A stretch of DNA of 63,488 nt, filler included, from Perkinsus chesapeaki ATCC PRA-425 (lineage: Eukaryota; Protista; Perkinsozoa): the NCBI GenBank assembly GCA_013115145.1. It is 13 parts of 13 records of this genome, joined end to end, with 100 filler letters (N's around TTAATTAATTAA, not from the genome) between each part and the next. Parts side by side here need not be neighbours in the genome. Positions count along the whole stretch, not along the records: positions 19,523 to 28,555 come from JAAPAO010000949.1; positions 28,656 to 30,280 come from JAAPAO010001860.1; positions 30,381 to 31,598 come from JAAPAO010002095.1; positions 31,699 to 39,380 come from JAAPAO010001016.1; 9 more parts are not named here. One strand, written 5' to 3'. Numbering within the stretch: the stretch's first letter is position 1; every line of letters starts with the position of its first letter. This document shows, piece after piece, positions 23,855 through 34,879 of this stretch. The notes beneath the pieces were generated by a model. The model ran no database searches. It was not told the origin of the DNA and saw nothing but the letters and a program-made list of their open reading frames with translations. The position numbers and the translations under genes were made by a program.

Positions 23855-26800
23855 CTACTGTTTCTTGCTGAACGGAGCTATCCTTACCACGCTGGCCAAG
23901 ATGGATGTGAAAAAGACTATAGTAAGTATTGCTGAGCTTTGACGATTTGATATCTCAACATAGGAGCCGAGCAGCAACTGCAGGCCAACAAGAACTAGGA
24001 TGACTGCGATGCCTGAGACAGGAACAGTAGAGGGATTCGGACACACACCAATGCCTCGAAAACAACTCATGGATTCCCGTCAAAGACAGCCCGACGCAAT
24101 AAAGTAGAGTAGTTCGTATTTTTTCGATTTCTCACTCGAATGGAGTGCTGGAAAGTTAACCGTTAAACATGAGTACTACAGTGAGACATTCTCATTGCGA
24201 AACAAATGTATGATACGAAATCGATCAACCGTTTCATGTCTATCTACTGATATCTTGGCGCGGAAATACTAATCGTCCCATTTCATTGCGTCGGGCTGTA
24301 CAATTGATCCAAAATCGTGGTGTAGGCTTTCAGCTCACTACCGGAGCAAGCACTAAGCTTATTCTATCATGACTTCAGCAGGCGAGTCACTTATTAACTG
24401 CACTGGTGCGGTAGTATATTTCGGATTATAATTCAGAGTAGTTCTGTATCCCCAGGAGCAGTTTCGAAAAAAAAGCGCTGCCGCCTGACGTACCGATTCT
24501 CTCAGCTCTGCGCCTCTATCAGTTCGCTATTAATAACTTACCGTATTTCATAAGGACGAATAGGTCAGCTAGGTACACCACCAAGAAGTAGAGGGACCTT
24601 AAAGTTAGCATGGCAAATATGGAGGAGGAGAAGTTAATGAACCTGAATGACAGCACGTCAGCAGTCTCTAGCGCTCAATGGATGACTGTAAGGGTTAAGC
24701 CCCTGTGCCCCCAACTGCCTTCACTCTGCCCTATCGGGAACTGGGGGCTTAGCCATCACACTGGACTGATGTCCATATTATTTATTGCTAAATGATGCCC
24801 TTTCACTATTATCGGAGCTGGTCTATACTGGAGTACTCTAGTATGCAGCCAGATTAAGCCAATATCTATTCCATATAGCTCTCCGATTCAGGACATATGA
24901 GGAGCCAGGATAAATGACTATGGCTCTCAATTTACCCATTGTGTGCACCTTGACCACGGCAGCACTTGACAATGATATTGGAGAATTGTCTTGAACGGAT
25001 AAGTTATTCCCTTTTATAAGTAAAATTTACAAATAAGCCAAGTATTCTAAATAAGCAATCAAAATTTCTCTTCAAGTAAATCCTTCAGAACAAATGGTAC
25101 TAACAAATATTAACAGCGAACGATTCACTAAATCCGATTATCGCTAATTTCCAGGAAATTATTTTATCCTACAACGCCGCTTACATATCATCATACTGTG
25201 ATATCTTCGCCGTAACAGAATCGACAGCAAATAGCACATCGACAACACCCAAGACGATAACCACCATTAATAAAAGTGTCGCTTTATAAACAATTGGTTG
25301 CTGTGAGCAAGCAGAGACCACCACTGTCGCATTGCTACTGCTGGCGCCGGTCGATGTCGATTCAGTATCTAGATAATGTATAGATGGTAACATGGTAACA
25401 GCCTCCCTGACTTAACGCTTCATCCCGAAACTGCTACGGCAACCATCGAACGGCTCGCGGGTTCAGTTCGGTTGTTTAACGCCCCGCCGCTCGGGAAATT
25501 AATACGAGCATTTCCCGGCTGCGGAAAACATGAATCATTCGATATGCGTATATTTCTAGTACGTGAAACTCGGAAGCATACCAGAGAGACTCGAAGATTG
25601 AATCGATTCCTACGTCATCACGCATGTGTCGAGTGAATTAAATATCTCTCTATCATATGGGATCCTAACGTCATCGAGCATAACAATAACAAGCCTGGCA
25701 TAGGCAACACCACAAGAAACGTGTATTCTAAGACTTCTTGTGCAACCTGTCCCTTTCGAGGAGGCCGGTGGTCGTGGCCAGTATTGTGGTGTCACTGTGG
25801 AGAGTTCAGGTTGTCATAAACTGAGCCCTGATAGAATTTCGATTATACAATTCTGAATAGATCGATATAATTCTGTATTTGTATTAAATATTGAATTGAT
25901 GATTGCTACTAATAGGACATACTCCTAAGTCTTATAAAACGTACCGTAGATCAGCTCCGAACGGTCACAATCCTGCGGCGGGCCCGCCATGTCACGAGGA
26001 ACTTGGATGAAGAAGTCTCCATCAGATGAATAGGAATTATATACTCTTAAACGATATGCGATACCTGACTAAGAATTATCACAAAGAAGGTTACTCCTCA
26101 AGTCGAACCACAAGTGCGGTAATATATACCCTCTTAACTACATTATGGAATCTAACTCCGATTAAAGTTAAGATTCCCCAAATTGAGAAACATTTCATCG
26201 TACTATTAGTCCTAGAGTTGATACTCAGAAATAATAAGAGACAAAGAGATTCGTCGGTATTAATGAAATCAAATACAAACAGTAACGAAGGTTGAGGAGA
26301 ATTAAGTTACAAATACAAATAGCGAAATTTCATAGTGCACGTGCGGTGCTCAGAGGGTTATATGTATGAACGCTCCTCACACTCTGTGCATGAATTGCTC
26401 GGGTCATTAGACTCTTCCTCTCCAGAGTCCATAGCTGTTTTATATCCACTCCAAATTAGAATCTAAAAATTGAAGTATATCACACCGTACTTGTTGGTAG
26501 GCTAATACGGCGCCGTGATGATAGTATTCACCAATCGATATGGAATAAGTCCTTCTGGGCATCTTTGTCATTTATGCTTCAATGGCGTCCAACGGAAACG
26601 TAATGCGCGAACAGTTCAATATTTCTGGGAAGTGAGCCTAGAAGTGTACAGTACGTGTAGTAGAAGCATCGAAAAACCGTAAAACCGCGTGACAAAGATA
26701 CGAAGCCCCCTGCCCGCGGTCTCACCAATCCGAAGACGTAACGTGTGAATGATAACAACTGAAAGAAGGCTGTGCCTGATAAGGGACTGGTTAAGGCGAG

Positions 26801-27866
26801 GTGATGCTAGAAGTTTTCACTGGCAAAATTTTATTGAATCCTCAAAAGTTGAGCAGATCTCAACTTGAAAATTTTCGAAGAGGATTTGAAAGCACTTCCT
26901 AGATCGCAAACCACAAGTGGGCCAACGTCGAACTTGTTGATGTTCAATTACTTCAAAAAGACTTCTGGAATACTTCCATAGTGCAAATTTACTTCGGCCC
27001 CCTCCGCGGAACATAACTACTCTCTTGTTCATTTCATTGGTGTAGAAGCATGACAATCTCTTCCCCTGCTGTTAATATTCTGCTTACCAAGAAAGAAGAA
27101 GAGTAACCTCAGCCCCGCGGCCATGCCAATACCGTAAAATAATGCACGGTTCACTTGAGACTTGGGCGTTCTATAGTACTTGAAAACTACCTGCCAGAAG
27201 ACGACGGTATAATGAGGCGGCGGACGAGTATTATCTATGCACTTGATTGCAATAGTTACCGCGAGTTGCTGATTGGGATTCCTCAGAGTTAATATGTTTA
27301 TGATGCTCGGAAGGCTAATCACATATTATCCACGCCAACATACGCCCTTCATCTCAGTGTCAGTCAGCAAAGGTCAAAAAGGTAGAAAATTTTTAGTTCT
27401 AAGTGCACGAGCCGACTATACCCCCCTGAACCTACCTGGAAGAAGAATACATTATCCATGCTTAACATGTACTCCAATATATAACCATTGAACCAACCGA
27501 ATGCAGCCTGACAACAAATGATAGTGAAGGATATCTACTTAATCATTTTTAGAGTCTTCGCCGCTCAATGTACAGCAGCATAGAGGTTATGGACTTTCGC
27601 TGGGCTATAACGTATTTCCTATTTCCCATGTGAAAAATGTCCCGCGGGGGAACGGGCTTCTACTATATCTGCCCCATATCACTGGTAACATATTTCCGGA
27701 GACTCAAATGCCGCCATGGTCCAGCCCTTACCTCGGAATCGTAATGATACAACAGATATATCACACCGTTGAACAAAAGGCCGCAAGCCAACCACATCAA
27801 ACAATACAAGGCGGCGCGTCTAGGAGGAACTTCAACAACTTTCGAGCCTGAGAACACCAACACTTC
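23855..27866 (-). CDS. terC: TerC/Alx family integral membrane protein, about 10 exons; extreme 5' end unresolved
   Basis: Exons in order: ..VVEVPPRRAALYCLMWLACGLLFNGVIYLLYHYDSE | AAFGWFNGYILEYMLSMDNVFFFQ (27507-27436) | VVFKYYRTPKSQVNRALFYGIGMAAGLRLLFFFLG (27190-27088) | TAFFQLLSFTRYVFGL (26775-26726) | ILIWSGYKTAM.. | SSDGDFFIQV.. | ..KATLLLMVVIVLGVVDVLFAVDSVTAKISQYDDM | FINFSSSIFAMLTLRSLYFLVVYLADLFVLMKYG | IAVILVLVGLQLLL...KKQ*. These match the TerC motifs YLxExxLSxDN, DxxFAVDS and FAxLxLRSLY. Confidence 0.9.
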
Positions 27867-28420
27867 ATCTTGGTTAATACTCTTTGTTAAGCCTCCTTTA
27901 AATAACCAACATTTTGTGAAACAGGTTTTAACCGGTTAAGAATTCCTTTTAAGAAGTTATTAACTTTAAAGAATCTTGTGAAATAGGCCCCAGATGAATA
28001 CGGTATATATCCTTCAGGTGCAAAGATCAAATTATTATCGAACCGTAAAGACAAACCGCGTGACTCTGAGTCAGCAATTTGCGCCTAACGGATGAGAATA
28101 GTAAGAGAACGACCGTGCGGCGGTCCTGCAATATACACCAATCGCTTTGCCTGCAGATGTTTAATACGCATGCCTAGTATGATACCCTCGTATACAGGTA
28201 ACGTGTCCACAGGATAGTACCCTGGGTGGGGTTGCTAGCGAGATTTAGGAAAAGAGCGGTAGGACCTACCCTTATTGATAACGTATACATCGAACGCAGT
28301 CAATGTAGCTACTGTGAAGGCAAATACAAACCAGCAAAGCACCTGAAGGGTTAAAAGGTTATATAACCGATTAAGGCAAAGAGAAATGCCGTCTTAATTG
28401 CTATTAACATTATTTCGTTA

Positions 28421-28555
28421 TACCGCTCTATTCTGTAATTAACGTATTTTATATGGTCCTACGGTATGACTCATACCGCTCCATTCTGTAATTAACGTAT
28501 TTTATATGGTCCTACGGTATGACTCATACCGCTCCATTCTGTAATTAACGTATTT
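28421..28555. repeat. 53-bp tandem repeat (at least 2.5 units, runs into gap)
   Basis: Unit taccgctccattctgtaattaacgtattttatatggtcctacggtatgactca starts at 28421, 28474 and 28527. Confidence 0.95.
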
Positions 28556-28699
28556 NNNNNNNNNNNNNNNNNNNNNNNNNNNNNNNNNNNNNNNNNNNNT
28601 TAATTAATTAANNNNNNNNNNNNNNNNNNNNNNNNNNNNNNNNNNNNNNNNNNNNTAGAGGAACATAAGCAAGCGGTAGGCGCATCGTGTGGGTCTGCC

Positions 28700-29612
28700 T
28701 ACTCTAAAATGGGGAATAGTCTGATGGTATCAGACTGATAACGGTGGTGAACGGGCTCTGTGACAGATTCGTGACGTGAGGACATTGGCGCGCATGCTCA
28801 TGTCCCGAGCACCATCAGACCGGAGCGAATGTGGCAGTCGTCATCTGTCGGTATTTGTGGGTGGCACCATATAGACCCTGCATTGCTTCCAACCGTGGAC
28901 TATTTGTCGTCATCAATTCTTAATGTGATGAGAAGTCTTCACTAGTCATGTTCTGAAGGTGTTATTGTTGAACGAACACCCACAGTCGAATACAATGACT
29001 GAATGTCAACGAACACTCAGAATGATTGCTCCAATCGCTAAATTGGGCTAAGCAGAGAGAGGACTCCTCTCAGAGGAGTTCAGATTCTAAACTTTAGAAT
29101 GATAAGGATTAATCTGTCGAGCAACACGGGAGTGCGGGACGGATACTCGAACCCGAATCCCGAATACACTTTAAAAGTTGAGCGGGAAGAGGTTTCGGTT
29201 TGAGTATCCATGTCAAAGCAGCAAGTGACCCAAGGCAAATCTAGGGGCCATTTGTGCCCCAAGTCCCTATATCGGGCACAATTGATGATTGCTAATAGTC
29301 TATCAGTGACATCTTTGTTTCGTGCATTGTGTCTCAATTCTTTGGGGTGTGCGTGCGGTACTCCCTTAATCTCAGGAGATTTCACAGCCGCCACATTCGC
29401 AAGCTCATTCCGCTTATCAGATACGTACAGATTTGGGGCGACGGTCAAAAATCAAGGTAGAAAATTTTCCCAACGGGAAGCTCGATACTAGCTGACAAGG
29501 GCTTCTTATTCACCATCAATGCCTTAAGGCTAGTCCGCGAGGCAAACTTAGGCAACTGACTGAGTTCCTAGGGGCAGTGGTACCGGACTGGTCATCGGGA
29601 GGGGGGGGGGAG
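28700..29612 (+). mobile_element. Highly degenerate LTR-retrotransposon integrase relic with polypurine tract
   Basis: Frame-broken segments RPERMWQSSSVGI...LLPTVDYLS, HPQSNTMTECQRTLRMI and DPRQI*GPF resemble the integrase core and GPY/F motif. GGGAGGGGGGGGGGAG at 29597-29612 is followed by TG (candidate PPT and LTR start). Confidence 0.45.
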
Positions 29613-29907
29613 TGACCACTACCGCGAGACCCGAAGCGAAACATCAATCTCTGGGTTGTTGAACTAGCGGGCCAGGACCCACGGAGGAAGCGGGCATACT
29701 ACAAATCAGAGAATACCAGACCTGAGCTCCACAAGCAGACAGAAAGAGGTATACTGGCAACTCAATTGCGGAGGAACCCTCTCAAAATAAATCCTTGTCT
29801 TAATAACAGTCATCTGTATACAATACAGTGAATAGGGCAAGGGAAGAGCGATGAAAGATGAAGGTTTAACTGGTCTTCGTGGAAAAATTGCAGCATAGAT
29901 CAGGCAT

Positions 29908-30219
29908 TCAACTCGAAGGTCTCGGAGGCGCAATGCTGCGGTCCAGTCCAGCGCAGGTATAGAAACCACTTTGACATTCATTCTCCACGCACCTTAGACA
30001 ACTCGAAGATGTGGCGCCCCACATGCATATGTGCCAGCAGTTGCTCTTTGCACACTCACCATTATCACCGAAGCACATAGAGCAGTCTGTAGTTAAAGGG
30101 GGTAGATTGAAGTGAGTCCTTGAAGGATCCGAGGTGTAGTCGATGAGACATTTAGATATCTTCCCGCCGTTTCCCTTGTTACTTTTACCACACGACGTTA
30201 ACTCATTAGTGAAGTCCAT
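29908..30219 (-). CDS. Cys-rich small protein, probably secreted (5' exon likely in gap)
   Basis: Pattern C..C..C(SMC)FGDNGEC AKSNC WHIC MWGATSSSC LRC VENEC QSGFYTC AGL, with 11 regularly spaced Cys in 103 aa. Confidence 0.6.
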   Translation of the reverse strand: MDFTNELTSCGKSNKGNGGKISKCLIDYTSDPSRTHFNLPPLTTDCSMCFGDNGECAKSNCWHICMWGATSSSCLRCVENECQSGFYTCAGLDRSIAPPRPSS

Positions 30220-30380
30220 AGAATTATAGCTTGGGTTAGAGGTAGATACCCACCATCTTATCTGATCTCTGGTAGTACATNNNNNNNNNNNNNNNNNNNN
30301 NNNNNNNNNNNNNNNNNNNNNNNNTTAATTAATTAANNNNNNNNNNNNNNNNNNNNNNNNNNNNNNNNNNNNNNNNNNNN

Positions 30381-31026
30381 GATCCTCAAAGTTGAGACTA
30401 ATAATTTCGTCACTACGAAGAAGACCAAAGATACCAGTTAAGGAAGCAGAAACAATGGTATTGGAGCCAGCAGGGTCTAAAAAACCGAGCTGTTGAACTT
30501 GTTGACGAGACAAGGGGAGCTTTTTCTCCACAGTATGATCACACAACTTTGACGCAGAACGCTTGGCCATGTTAACCAGAAAATCATCATGTGGAGAGAG
30601 ACCAAACCCATATAGTTTATTCCGAGAAATGATAGCACTAACGTACGAGGAAACAGTGCTATATTTGTAATCTCCTCGGGTCATGGCGTATGCGAAAAGG
30701 GCCAAAGAGAAACCAGACGCTGGAAAAGGTACTATGACATTGCAAACCGTCTCCTTGTAGAAGGTTTCAATAGAGTCGTATTGTTTGGATGTGCTTTCTG
30801 CGTGTCCATCACGGATAAAAGCCCAGACGGAATTGCTTAAATCGACCGACGAAGGACTGACGGTCGCGAAGCACGCCCGATAACGCTTAGAAGACGTAGA
30901 AGTTGTCTGCCCAATCAATTTACCTGAAACACAACACAAGGTGAAAGCACGCCCGACAAACAAAGTACAAAGAAATAAGACTAGAGCACGCAAGAAATCA
31001 ACAAGGCAGTAAAGAATCGATATCAA
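30381..31026 (-). CDS. Tyrosine recombinase, N-terminal part (truncated by gap)
   Basis: SAM-like region (STSKQYDS...YSTVSSYVSAI), then KKLPLS and GLLRSDE (box I Arg). Confidence 0.8.
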
Positions 31027-31525
31027 TCTTGGATTCTATCCAAGAAATTGGAACAACACTCTCTGGATGAGGAGATCTACTGAGTTGATCGGCAATAGAA
31101 TTATCCTTAGATTTGATATATTGAACTTCCCAACTGTAACACACTCTGGATAAATGACTAACTAAGGCTTGTAAGACTTTATTAATACGGGGAGTACGTG
31201 AACGAAACTTCTGGAAACTACTCATAGCACCCGTATTATCCGTAAAAAGGCGACAAGAGATTCTAGAAGTAATTGATAACGGAACTAGATTAAGTCCTAC
31301 GCAGAGGCCTAAACCTGCTGCTAATGACTCTAAGAGAACCATATCATTAGGAGAAGGACTCCTAGGATCTTCCAACAGAGACTGCCAGCTTCCTAGGCCC
31401 GACGAAACAATAACTTGAAACCAATTACGTTCATCACGAAAAGATACCCATCCAGCAAGAGCATATGTTGACGCGTCACAAGTAATAGTTAAGAAATCGG
31501 CCGATGGGCAAGGAAAAATAGGCAT
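30998..31525 (-). CDS. RNase H domain of YR retrotransposon
   Basis: The D-E-D-D catalytic pattern is present: TCDAS, LLESL, FTDNT and NSIADQLSR. Confidence 0.85.
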   Translation of the reverse strand: MPIFPCPSADFLTITCDASTYALAGWVSFRDERNWFQVIVSSGLGSWQSLLEDPRSPSPNDMVLLESLAAGLGLCVGLNLVPLSITSRISCRLFTDNTGAMSSFQKFRSRTPRINKVLQALVSHLSRVCYSWEVQYIKSKDNSIADQLSRSPHPESVVPISWIESKIDIDSLLPC

Positions 31526-32618
31526 TCTAAGAAGAAAGCCTTGGTGAGAAAGACCAGCATAAAAATCCGAAATCGTATGAAACCACCAAGAGATCGCGNN
31601 NNNNNNNNNNNNNNNNNNNNNNNNNNNNNNNNNNNNNNNNNNTTAATTAATTAANNNNNNNNNNNNNNNNNNNNNNNNNNNNNNNNNNNNNNNNNNNNAT
31701 AACCACAGCAGAAATCAGCAATAGCTTTAGTCTCCAACGACCGACTCGATAAGGATGACTTAATAGTACAGGCCACTCACATCGCGAAAGATATTCTCAG
31801 CAACTTCCTTTTTCAGAAAAGTTGCTCCGGACAACCAAAAACGGGTTAGTCAGTGAGTAAGACTCACTGAGTATCCTAGGCACATGTTCCGATGATATTA
31901 TTCCCTATATATTATAAATATACCCTTGAAGTCTCAGAGCCACACTCTTTGTCAGTACTGAGAAACCGACACATCGCGCAAAACCTGTGCAACATATTCT
32001 TAGCAATCTCAGCTCGAAAATGGACGCAAAATCCATGTGTTGTTGGGGAAGTACTTTAATGAAATACGAGCAACTCTGACTTGCCATCTCAAACTGTTGT
32101 ACGGCGGGAGACAACTGCTGCTTAACAATTTCGTTGAGGAGTTCTAATATCGCAGGCTTCGATTCGCAGCACTCTGTCCGGTAGCGGTCGTTGCTCTTGA
32201 TTCTGTCGTCCTGTATGTGGCTTGTCTTAGCCCGCACGGCTAAGTCACTCACTTGATCAACTCGAAAGATTAGATCGGAACTGAGACTCTACTAAAAGTT
32301 CAACTTTCCATATCACTCAGTAACTGGCAGAACCAAACGTGACTTTGAACTACTTAATGGTATCTAATGTTCAGTGCCGATATACTGCGCACGTCTGGCT
32401 GAAGCGATACTGGGTAACTACGTACATGCCAGCGGGTCCTTGTAGACAATGAACCCAACTCTAAGGCTACAACAAAGGTGAGTCAGACGGTTGTGAAAAC
32501 CGGTGTAATGGCACATAAAATGATTCATTTTAAATGAAGCTTATAAACTCGCTGGAGGATGTTCCCTCGTTGTGGAAGATACAACACAGAAAACAATAGC
32601 ATTAATAAAAAATACCAT

Positions 32619-33243
32619 TCAATGGTAACGATTGTACCATTGACAAACAAGAGGGATACCATAGATACAGTGCATGCCTGAGGGACATTTCTTGAATCCC
32701 TGAAGAGAAAAGTTTACCATTTATTAACAAATTGCTTACCAAACAACCCAGCAGACACATACCCCATTTGCAGTACGGATTTGCGTTACCCTCAGGCGCA
32801 CCAGGACAGTCCGAACTTCTGGAGCAAGACTTTCCGCATACACATGCGTTGGGCATGTCCGAAAACGGGCTCTGGACAAAGAGGGGTTGTCAGCTCCTCA
32901 ATGCATGTATATAATGGCTTACGGTATATACACAGTGCAACTCAGTGCCATTCGGGCAAGTACATCCGGTATAACCTCGAGCAGTCGTTTGGCAGACTCC
33001 ATCAGGTTTAGGATAAGGATCTGAGTAAAAATGAACTGGGATAGGACTATGACCGAATGTCTGCCATACCCTCTGCCGCGTTTTTCACCACTCGTGGTGG
33101 TTCGGAGGCCAGCCTGACAGCAACTCAAAGTGGGTTATGATTTCAACCGAATCGGACTACCCGATATGATGCACTGAAGCATTCTCAGTACCTCCACACA
33201 TTTGGATGAATATAATGTAAACGCCAAAGAGGACTATTTTCAT
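32619..33243 (-). CDS. Secreted Cys-rich small protein, family copy 1 (5 exons)
   Basis: Spliced: MKIVLFGVYIIFIQMCGGTENASVHHIG|LASEPPRVVKNAAE|DPYPKPDGVCQTTARGYTGCTCPNGTELHCVYT|SPFSDMPNACVCGKSCSRSSDCPGAPEGNANPYCKWGMCLLGCL|GFKKCPSGMHCIYGIPLVCQWYNRYH*. Introns are short GT-AG and in phase. Confidence 0.8.
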
Positions 33244-33964
33244 AGTTTCAAACCTCCAAGTTCTGCAAGACTACAGAGAAGTAAAATGGCTCACGCCGAT
33301 AGCCGGTTCTCAATAATTTGAAGCATGATGATCTACTAGTCACTTACAATGTATTCAGCGACGGTAAGGAATATTCCTCCGTGGGTGTTTCCTGGACACT
33401 GTCCAGAGTATATAACGAGTGGGTTTGTTGACGACTCGTCAAATTGACGAGCGAACTCAAAAAACAGTATCAGTCATAACCGCCCGGTTCCGGTAGCGAG
33501 CCCTACAAGTAGGATTGTGACTAGATGCAGTTAGATTCAAGTAGATTTAAGTTAAGCTATTCTATGGGCGTTCTTCGGTGTATGCGTGCAACTGTGGAGA
33601 CAGTTGTCGGTGTCACGCGGTTAGGTTGGTACTACCAACTTGGTAGCAATGATAGCTAAGGTTGAGAAAAATTGGAACTGCTGGTGAAACTACATATTGG
33701 CAAGGATCGGTTTCGATAGTGAGCTCCGTGTGGGCTTGTGCACTGTTACCCATTCAAGTCGGATGCTCACACAGTATCACACAACTGCTATCATGAACAA
33801 TTGTCTCCTCTAGCCTAGCTCTTCGATTCCATTATTTATTGTTACTTCCCTCCGCCTTTGCTTCCTTACTCCTTCCGCTGGAAATGACCTCTTGGTGGTC
33901 ATCTCCTACTACCTTCCGGTTATTGAGTTGGAACAGTGTAACGTAGCAGCTCCTTGTTAACATT

Positions 33965-34879
33965 ATGGAGAACAATGCATATTTTACCCTACCCGAAAGC
34001 TTTGATCCACTATTGTGCTCGCTCGATTTCGATCAATGGTTACGGAAGTATAAAGTATGTGCAGAAGCGAATGAGTGGAACGAGCAAGATCAACTACGTC
34101 ATCTACCTCCCCTACTGAAAGGCGATGCTTGGATTTTGTATGACGAGCTCCAGGACAACGAAAAGGATACGCTGCAGCATTTGGTCACGAACCTCTCCAA
34201 AAAGCTCACAATCGCAACTCAAATCCAGAGTGCCGAGAAGCTTCACCAGAGGTGCTTCGAACCCGGCAGTGAGTCACTGGTCACTTTCCAGAATGACATC
34301 AAAAGGTTAGCTCATCGGGCTTACCCTGAGATGACTGCCGAGCAGATAAAGCCGATTGCCCTCACGGCCTTCATCAGAGGTTTGAAAGGGCACTCTCTCT
34401 CCTTAGCGAGAAAAGTCCGTAACTCTAATCCCCATACTCTCCAGGCAGCTCTCTCAAAGGCCCAATTTATACTCTCAGACCCGTTCGTCAATGATGACAT
34501 GAAGACCGAAACCCAGGTCGTCGCCATAAACCAAGCAGAGTCTTCGTATCTAGTATCAGAAGGCCCGCTGGAAGATCATGCGAAGAAGGATCATGGTTCC
34601 CCGGCATGGTTGCCTGAACTTGTGAATGCCATCAGAAGCACTGTGCGTGTATGTGACTACTGCGGCCGCCAAGGTCACACTGAAGACAACTGTTTCAAGA
34701 AGCAGCGAGATCAAGGCTATGGAAGAGCTGATCGACGACCACCACAACGCCGTATGGAGTACCCGCGCACAGAAGGAGCGCTATGCCACTACTGTGTTAA
34801 ACGGAATCAAACAGAGGAGCAGTGCGAGACTAAAAGAAGAGCCATGGCCTTGAAGAAGTCTGAAAGCCAGGGAAACTAG
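33965..34879 (+). CDS. gag: Gag (retrotransposon capsid plus zinc knuckle)
   Basis: 304 aa with CDYCGRQGHTEDNC (CX2CX4HX4C) and a second degenerate knuckle. It ends QGN*. Confidence 0.92.
   Translation: MENNAYFTLPESFDPLLCSLDFDQWLRKYKVCAEANEWNEQDQLRHLPPLLKGDAWILYDELQDNEKDTLQHLVTNLSKKLTIATQIQSAEKLHQRCFEPGSESLVTFQNDIKRLAHRAYPEMTAEQIKPIALTAFIRGLKGHSLSLARKVRNSNPHTLQAALSKAQFILSDPFVNDDMKTETQVVAINQAESSYLVSEGPLEDHAKKDHGSPAWLPELVNAIRSTVRVCDYCGRQGHTEDNCFKKQRDQGYGRADRRPPQRRMEYPRTEGALCHYCVKRNQTEEQCETKRRAMALKKSESQGN

Larger units (their letters stand above)
30381..31598 (-). mobile_element. Tyrosine-recombinase (DIRS/Ngaro-type) retrotransposon, family B, partial
   Basis: RNase H ORF 31525-30998 (ITCDAS, LLESLAA, LFTDNTG, KDNSIADQLSR) overlaps a YR ORF 31026-30381 ending GIFGLLRSDEII at the gap. 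Confidence 0.85.

Noticed and set aside
23738-23935. Papain-like motif RSYPYHAGQDGC
   Set aside because: No other cysteine-protease motifs are nearby, and it overlaps the antisense of the last TerC exon.
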